Origin: Ptychomitrium polyphyllum
Taxonomy: Eukaryota
Assembly (NCBI GenBank): GCA_973851085.1
Contig: OZ316776.1
Coordinates: 8,184,001-8,248,000 of the forward strand
DNA length: 64,000 bases
Direction of reading: 5' to 3'
Both the position numbers and the translations under genes were made by a program. The notes under the pieces are model-generated. The model saw only the letters and a list, made by a program, of their open reading frames with translations, searched no databases and was not told where the DNA came from. Shown here piece after piece: positions 55,683 through 64,000 of the stretch. How positions within the stretch are numbered: position 1 is the stretch's first letter; every line of letters begins with the position of its first letter.

Positions 55683-56536
55683 CTTGGCCTACTTATTGGT
55701 AAAAAAAATGCGTAAACTCTACACGCAGGTGCTCCACGAGAAGCCGCAACGAGTAGATGCGACGAGGCGCGTCCTGGAGAATAAACATCAACAATCAGCC
55801 ATTCCGCACTCCGCAGCAAGCAATCTGCGAAGATTTTCTGCGTGCAAGTGAATCAAAACACACAAGCAGCGCCTCTGTGAAGCCGAGACGGCCTGAGAGG
55901 AGGCCCGTTCCGAACTCAATTTGTCGTGGTCTCTTCATCTCGTTCTATTTCGAGAAGAGACGAGGCCGATTCCGACCAGAATCTATCTTTCTCTCGTTGT
56001 CTTGTAATAGTTCATGAAACTCGAGGAGGCCAGTTCTGATGGGAAGTTGTCGTGCTCTCCTCGTGTTGTATAAGTTCTTCTTTCTGGTACAAGTTTTGTT
56101 ATGTTTCAATTAAAAAAATTTGAAGTTGTTAAATTCAAAAATCTGAATGAAAATAAACAATCAAATGAATAAGTCAATGCATAAACAAAAATCTAAAACC
56201 AATAATAAGAACAACATTTAAAACTAATCTTATTCCCATAAGAATGTACAAAAAAAGAACTTAAGGTATGAAATTCATAAAGATTACAATCCATTCTCAT
56301 AAAAAATAATAGAGAAAGAAGCATTAGATTTAACCACAAAGCAACTAGATTTTGAGAAGAATTTGAACAACCTCTGTAGTCAACAATAAACCTAATAAAG
56401 TGGTGACTTCCCATTGGATACCTATAGACTTAAAACAAATAAAACATACTAAAAATAGATAGAAATATATAATTTAGAATTCATATACTCTTTTTTCCAA
56501 CTCTAGTTTGAAAAATATCGTAGAAATCCCTTGGTG

Positions 56537-57221
56537 ATGGGCATGCTGTAGTTGTTGAGCGGGAAGTTATTGAGCTCGGAGCTGCGAGGGATGCACATCG
56601 TGTGCGTGGCCTGTACAGGCGCCGTGTATTAGAGCAGGACGGAGCTCCGATACATCCAGCGGCTGATGCAGGTCAAAGCATGCGTCAAGGGTGAGTGCAT
56701 GAAAAACCAGGGCGTGCTGAAAGAGTGAGCCGGGTGTGACCAGAGCGAACGCAAGGAGTTCTCCGAACTTATTTCCAACACCAAACGCGTCAAGAACGAC
56801 ACCGCTGAGACGCGAAGCATTCTTGCTAGGCGCTTAGCCACTCCCGAGCTCATCCAGAAGATCTTGAACGTAGACGATGTCGACCAGTAGCCAGTGCGCT
56901 ACAAGCCAGTGCTCTTCGTCCGGGAGTTCTTGCTCAGCCGCTCCAGAGCTCTCATGTTTACTATGGCGATTGCCACTACGACGACTGCTGAGTTTGCTGC
57001 CAGTCCTACGGACCATCGACGCAGCGCCGCAATCTTTCACCGACTTCGTGAATCTTAGTATTGATCGGAACATCGGATGGTGAGAATAGGACAACGGCTG
57101 CAGGTACTTCATCAACAAAGGGTGCCGGTGCAAGATCCGAGTACCACTTGAGTATCACCTAGTCATTATTCGAGAAGTGGACATCGAATACTTTCAGCGC
57201 CCTTGTGGGTGGACAGGTTAA
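56537..57221 (+). pseudogene. Intronless GC-rich coding relic of unknown family
   Basis: The frame from ATG 56537 keeps strongly C/G-ending codons for ~140 codons, interrupted by isolated TAG/TGA stops, then continues in shifted frames to TAA 57221. No motif recognised. Confidence 0.45.
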
Positions 57222-57848
57222 TACCACTCATCGATCGATTCGTCGGTTAATTCATCCGATCTGTGACCGAAAATGAGGAGTGTGTGACGACTACTTTCGT
57301 TCATGGTTCGAGCTATAAATATATGTTCAGAGGTGTGAAAATGCCTGGTGTTTATGATCTAGTGCGGAGAGCTCATGCAGGAGCTGCACCGCATCCATTG
57401 ATCTATATCAAACAAAACTGGTGAAACATTCAGATACATGTGAAAGACGTATCTTAGATTTTGCTGTTAGTCCTGGGGTTCTGTGAGTAAATATGTGACA
57501 ATATTTAATGTTTTGATATACATACTGCTGTACTCTTCTTTGAGAGCCGGGATTCTGTTGTGGTTGAGACGTTGAGATTCGAGTTGTTCCAATATCACTC
57601 ACGTCTAGAAAGCTAGCGTGCACTACTTACAACAATCAAAGTATATGATATACATATCATTTTCACATTCATTGCGCAGTGCCCACATGAGCAATGCTGC
57701 AGCAACGATGGGGTAAATGAATCCGCAGAGGCCTCTCTTCCACTAACTTAACGACGAGGTTACGTATGGCAAAGCATGTAACCGAAAAGAAATATTGAAA
57801 ACCAATTTATTAACGAGGAAGGGAGAAAATTAGGACAGAAATCTTGAT

Positions 57849-60800
57849 TCAACTCTCAGTGTGTGTCTCAATAGGCTTTGGAATAGCGCGTCTTCTAGAA
57901 GATGATGCTCTGCTGTAGGAAGCGGTTTTCCTGAGTTCAGGTGCACCTCGTCCTGCTGCCGCCCTGTCGAAGGAACGTAACCGAGCTACTCTTTCGGCTT
58001 TGCTAGCGGGGCTGGTTGCGGATCGTGCGGATGTTGGCCTTGGAGTGGGACTTGACTCGTCGTAATCCCAATAAGCGTCATCTTCTTCGCCCTCCATGAA
58101 ATCATCTTCTTCGCCTTCGGAGTCTTCGTTGTCTACTGAGCCCTCGTCCTGTTGCCAAAAACCCACAGTAATAATCTCTTTAATTTTCTAAATGAATAGG
58201 GTAAATTCGGATTAGCGCTATGAGACAAATGGGCATATTGAAAACTTTACAGCACAGATTGCAAGCCTAAAGCTTACCATGTGCTCAAAATAAAATTTTA
58301 AAATTTTAAAATAAAATAAAACAACATAGAAATCTTACATCCGGTTCGGAGATTGGCTCCAGCTCCTCGTTGTCGCTTTTCCCTTCTTCGTTCTTGTGGA
58401 TCTCTTCTTCTGCCTCATCATAATCGTCATCAGTTCCAAATGCCGCTGGATCCTCCTTGTGCTGCACAAATGAGTTCAATCAACATTCTGTAAGCGCCAA
58501 ATGGCACGACAGACGAAAATGATCGCATGATTGCAATGGAAGAATAGAAACGTGTCGAAAGAGCTCTGAGAAGAATCTGACCTCCATATCCAGCTCCTTG
58601 CCAGAAGGAACTAAAGCAGCATGTCCAGCTCGATGATCTTTCGTAGCCTCAGCTGGTACGCTTTCGCAGTTCTCACTCTTGTCAGGAAAGGCGCCCAAAC
58701 CAAAGGAATCAAACTGCAACCGCAAGGGTTCAGACGACCCCACGGAGGAAGGCCCTACAATGGGTGTACCCTCGCCTCTATTCTCGAAGATACTGGCAGG
58801 AGATGGCTTCTGTACTAGAACAGGTAATAACGGCCATGCCTTGGAAACTGGTCCATCGGCGTTCACAACCGCCATCAGATTACGAGACGAGCCCTTGCGC
58901 TGGATCAACTGGAACATACTCTTAGATCCCAACGCTGACGAGGTGTACTGTCTGGTGTACTCCTTGAGGATCACTTTGCATGTGTTGGTCTTGGTGTCCA
59001 GGAGGGACTCACCGTTCTCCCGGCGACGCAGACAGCTGAAAACGGTGGCATGAATTGCTGCCACACTCTTGTCCACGTTCGTGTTATTGATCTTGGGAAT
59101 CAAACGCTTGTCAGCACCCTTGCACAAGTAGTCCTGTATGGTCCGGATGTTTTTGATGTATTTGACGTACTTGTTTTTAGCTGGATCGAGTGTCATCATT
59201 TTCGCACGAACTGCGAATCTTTGCATGTGCTTGCTCTCGTTGGCAATGTACACCATAAATGGAATAATAGAAGGATGCTTCTTCATCAACTTCATCTGCA
59301 GGTCACAGCTCGTAATTAAACTTCAGCGTGGAAAAGCTAAACCGATTAAGCACAAAACGCAGTGGATTCAGTCCTCTTCAGAACGAAGCATAAGCAACTT
59401 ACCACAAAATTGATACTTAAGTGGACACCTTCCACAACAACTGATTCCTTTTTTACCTCCCAAGCTGTGATCAATCGATCAACGCTGTCCATCACCATTT
59501 CACTTTGAGCCTTGAAGCCCTCGATTGCCATCACCTTGGGACCAACCAGGGATTCTGCAGTCTCCAACTTAGCTGGCACATCCTCAGAAGTGAGGCTGAG
59601 ATTGCTCAAATCGGTGGGAGCTGCTGCGCCTGTTGGTGGTTTACTGCTAGCAAAGCTTGCGAGCATTTTCTCCCTTTTCTTGTGGATTGCTTCTGACACC
59701 ACTTTCTGGTCCAGAAATTCTCCAGCGTGGTAAGTGGATGCCCACAGTAATGGATTCTCTTCCTCACTGATAAAGCCTCGCATCATGTGCCGAACAGAGT
59801 CTGTGGAGACCACTGTAGTAACCCCAAGCCTTTGTCCCTGCAATTCTCACCAGATTTACAGTTATGACTGTTAAGATAAATCGGGCCAGATGTAAAAGAC
59901 TCGAATTTAATAAGATGCATTAGATAGAATATACAGTCTCGTTTACTTACCAGCAACGTCGCCAGAGTTGACTTGCCGCAACCACTAGTTCCACACAATA
60001 GAACTGTAACAGATGACCTCTTCTCCCGGATACTGCATAAGAGAAGAAAACTCAGCACTAGCTTGCTGCACCGCTCTTTCGAAAGCTTTTGATCTTCTAA
60101 ATGCTATTGCAATTATCATGAATCAAAGTGGCCTAAATGCTTCACGTAAATGTTCCCACGTCTGTCTTTAACGGTTACAACTGGCCTCAACATGAAAGTT
60201 TAAGGGGGCTAAAGGCGAGAATGTGTACCGGCAGGCGACCATGAAATCCAATCGCTGTTTAACTCCCAGATACTGGTACTGTGCAAGTTCATCGCAAACA
60301 ACATCAAGGAATCTTTCTCTAGATATAGTCGTTGTTGAGCGTTTTTTTAACGGCTTGGGTTTCACTATGCCTTTGGAGTCATAGAGCTTGGAATCCCGCT
60401 TCGGAATCTCTGCCAGCGGTGCCAGACCCTGAAACCTGTCTCGTTTGTGTTTCTTCGGAGGCATCTCGCTCTTGATCCTTTCAAATAAATGGTCACTTAT
60501 CTGTCCAAGTCCAGTATTCAGAACTTACCAGTCTTGCAGCTTGCAAACTCAAAAAAAATCCCTGATAATGCAAATGATCTCCGTATCAAGCATACTTACG
60601 AACTTTTGTCACATGGCTGTCCTCAAAAGCTTGGAAAATCCATAAGGAACAATGTCCTACTCCATACTATCTTAACAATAGTTTCATAGCAGACTGAAAC
60701 AACACCTCCTTACAGTTGCGACCTCTGCTGTTAACCTCACAATTGCAAAACAGAAGGTACCCCAAAAGATGCAAGACATTGTTGACATTTGTACTTAGAA

Positions 60801-61043
60801 ACCCATTTTGAGTAGGTCACTAACCTTGGTCGCATGTCGAGCTTTGCAGCCCATGAGCTGAAGAGTGCTATGCAGCAAGCCCCGTGTGTATCGGTAGGTT
60901 GGCCCTTGCTCTCCCTCCTTTGCTCCTGGCAGTGGATCGTCCTGGACTAAAACATACAGCAGCTTTGAAGCTCCTCCCATCCTTGTAGGTCTCAACTCTG
61001 CGGCCGACTCGGCCATTGTAGCAGACTGCGTCCCTTCTGACAT
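57849..61043 (-). CDS. P-loop NTPase, LPA1 / 2-phosphoglycerate-kinase-like protein, ~714 aa
   Basis: Exons 61043-60825, 60500-60229, 60032-59951, 59837-59403, 59295-58582, 58461-58339, 58148-57849 (2145 nt). Walker [57 protein letters not shown], acidic tail. The start could also be a downstream Met. Confidence 0.9.
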
Positions 61044-64000
61044 ATCTCTCAAATGAAAGCTCCCCCCTTTCGAAATAGAAGATTGTCACAGATTAGCAAA
61101 CAACAAAGTATGACGGAATCTCACGTGGCAACAGTGAGCTTGCCACCGACACAAAAAGAGTTACCATAGCTCATTTGTGAATTCCGTTAACCTTCAGCTG
61201 ATCTGGTTGTGCTAGTGTAACTCGAAAGCTTCAAATGCAACAAAGATCAGGACGATAAAACTTAACAAGACCGCGCTCACTGGCACAACTTATCGAAATG
61301 TCAACAAGAATAAAAGTCGTGACTTCTCGTCTAAAAGTGCACTTAAAGCAAAGAGTTATCCAGACAGGTTACTTCTCATTGTCTCAAGATTTCAGGATAC
61401 TAACAGGCCAGGTACTATCTAGACAATTTAGCCCGTCACTTATAATAAGTTACTGCTTCCTACCTTGATATTCTATGAATCGAAATCCGCAAAGTATTCT
61501 TGAGATCAAAAGAACCTGCCGGGTCACTAAAAGCTTCAAAGCTACTGTATATTCTAGTCCTGGATGACGCACTGACAGGAGCACTGGAGGAAGAGCAGGA
61601 GCCATGCCACTGCTAAACGTGTTGCTTGCTATAGAGCACCATTCAGCTCATGGGCTGAAAGGCTTGACTTGCCACCAAGGTTAGTGGCCCACTCAAAATC
61701 GGTTCAAGAGTACAAAGTTGTCATTACACATTTCAGTCTCCAATTTGTCTTCAAAACAGAATTGGATTAAGACAGAATCCAAGCCAGAAATGTACATGAA
61801 ACGAGATGTTTATGCACATTTTACTCCACAAGTTCTGTACACAAATAGGTGAAATGATCAAATCACTCATTGTGAATGAGTAATTGTCTTCAGTGTTTCA
61901 CTGCATGAATCACCGGCACTTACTGAGACCAACACGAGAAAAAGAAACCCAATCTTACTTTCTGTGACGAATCAGTTGCATGTTTACCGACAACGAAATC
62001 CATGTCCACTTGCAACTTGTCAATCATCAACTATCGGATCCAGAGCTCAGTGTCAGCCCTTTAAACACGTGGGGAATATATAGGGCCGTCTGCCGGCACA
62101 CATTTTAGGTTAACACTAAACCAGCGTTGGATCGAGACTAACCCTACAATGAGGGCATACACATCAAGCTCGTAAACAACCAACTACACTTACCGACTGC
62201 TACAAAATCATACCTAGCCCCCACAGAAGCTTTGTCAAAGTCTAAGAGCTCGTGAAAGTCAGAAGCGCTGAAGTACTGCCATCAAAGTAACACCCGCCAT
62301 AACCACGACGATATAGGACCTCTACACCCTTGCAATCGTACTTCTTTCGCAGCTCAGATCCAAAATGATTTATTCAAGAGCGCGCATGCCAACTAATCGG
62401 CAGACGGGTCCATATCAATCTCCATCACCCACAAATTGCTCCAAAATGAAAAGCACCTACTGAGACAAAAGGAGGCAGCATCCCCTCGAGCACTGCCCAG
62501 CCGTCTTCTAGACCAGGGGAAGTTGGAACCTTGGAACCCACCTCAGGTGCACACTGCACACAAATTGCTTGATCTAGGGAAACTCTGCAAGCGACTCTGA
62601 ACGTCACGAGGCGAGAGGTGAAACACTCTTCGACGATCTTCCGGGAAGGAAACAGCTTTGCACATACGTTGAACATCTGCTCTGCTCGACCCTGCAATGA
62701 TATCCTCTCAGTGGTTACTCCGAAGGTGGAGCGGACTGCGTCACACAACAAGAGTCGGGGACTTCACTCGGAAACGCTGTCCCCCACTCCTGTTGTATGA
62801 TGCAAAGCGAGGTTGACCCAGGATTTCACGAAACCTTGAAATAGGTTTGAAGAAAATTTCTTCGAGGGACGTTGCAACTTAAACACTAGGATCTGGGCGA
62901 TGAATTGTGAGCCTAGCGCGTTCATCCTCCCACGCGTCTTGGTGCCGTTATTTTGCAATGACCGTCAAACATACTGTTATGAAGTTAATATTTTATTCGC
63001 CAGATAAAATATGATTCACTACACCTTTGACCATGCAACAGTACAGTGGTTTTTTTAACACGTACGAGATATTTATTGAATCAAAGGCAAACATTCCTCC
63101 TTACCGCCACTTCGGTAATGATTCGAGTAGGTGCGATGCATCTGTGACTTCTTCTCTAATTTAAATCAGCGAGATATATCACAGCATGTTTCTACACCGT
63201 ATTCTAAAATTGTTGCCCACATGACATATGGAAAAGCCTTAGGCAAGGACGTCGAAGGCTTGCCACCTACTTTTTTATCAACGGTCTAAGCTGAAGGCCA
63301 TATGTTGCGTTGCTGTTGCAGTTTTACAGTTGGTGAAGCATGTCGATTCTAGCTTGATGGGCGAGTTTCTAGATAGACCTGTCGTTGAATCTAGCAGATT
63401 GTTTTGGAAAATGCTCTCATGATAAGTGCCCGGCAAATCAAACCATTTGCATCCCCTTCTTTTACGTCCACCCTTGTCACTCGGCTAACCTCAAGGCTTG
63501 GACTTGCAAGCTGCATGATGCTCGTCTCCAACGCGTCCCACTGCCTCTCAGTCTGTCCAGTGTCCAGATTGAAGAAAGTCAAAGGGTGGGTCGAACATTC
63601 TTACTCTGGAATAAACTCAGTAAACAAAGAACACAAAGCACATCGCAATACAGTATAGTCAGATTCAATTCCAACCAACTGAATATTGCACGTCTATAAC
63701 ATCGGTTTGTCATCTTATTCAAACGATGATAGTCTGTAAAGATCCATCACTCAACTCAGGAAGGTACAGTATTGTGCACTATGACGAGTTTTGAGATTGA
63801 AGGTTAACTTGGTCGGTAAAACTCGCGTGTGAAAGCAAGGAACTGCGACTCATTGGATTAGGTGCACAAGTATTACGCTCACTCCCGAGATCAAGGCTGC
63901 CTGAAGTGAAGGAGAATCTACAGAGGGGACGAATTCGATTAAAACACTACTTTACCATCGTCACCGCTTCAAAAGCAGATTCACTTCCAAATGTAAACTG

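Noticed and set aside
63385..63699. Short ORFs on both strands at the window end
   Set aside because: No motif and no consistent exon model. This may be UTR of a gene outside the window.

Overview
Eukaryotic, intron-rich land-plant DNA. Gene-dense ~45% GC blocks alternate with very AT-rich spacers, and the gene set and style suggest a moss such as Physcomitrium (inference). Genes reconstructed by hand from GT-AG junctions: kinesin-8 (-), ATG8 (-), an uncharacterised type II membrane protein (+), a possible orphan gene (-), two head-to-head PP2A B'/B56 regulatory subunit genes, an F-box pseudogene, a TRM/LONGIFOLIA-like gene (-), SPF30/SMNDC1 (-), an unidentified coding relic and an LPA1-like P-loop kinase (-). 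The standout structure is the PP2A B' pair, an old inverted duplication. Its UTRs, introns and second exons have diverged, but a 1,373-bp core (29640-31012 vs 35910-37282) appears identical and has near-saturated GC3. This points to ongoing GC-biased arm-to-arm gene conversion, and the geometry could allow the 4.9-kb promoter spacer to invert. Secondary leads are a candidate SPF30 poison exon and a 25-bp miRNA-like hairpin. All coordinates were read by eye and no database searches were run.
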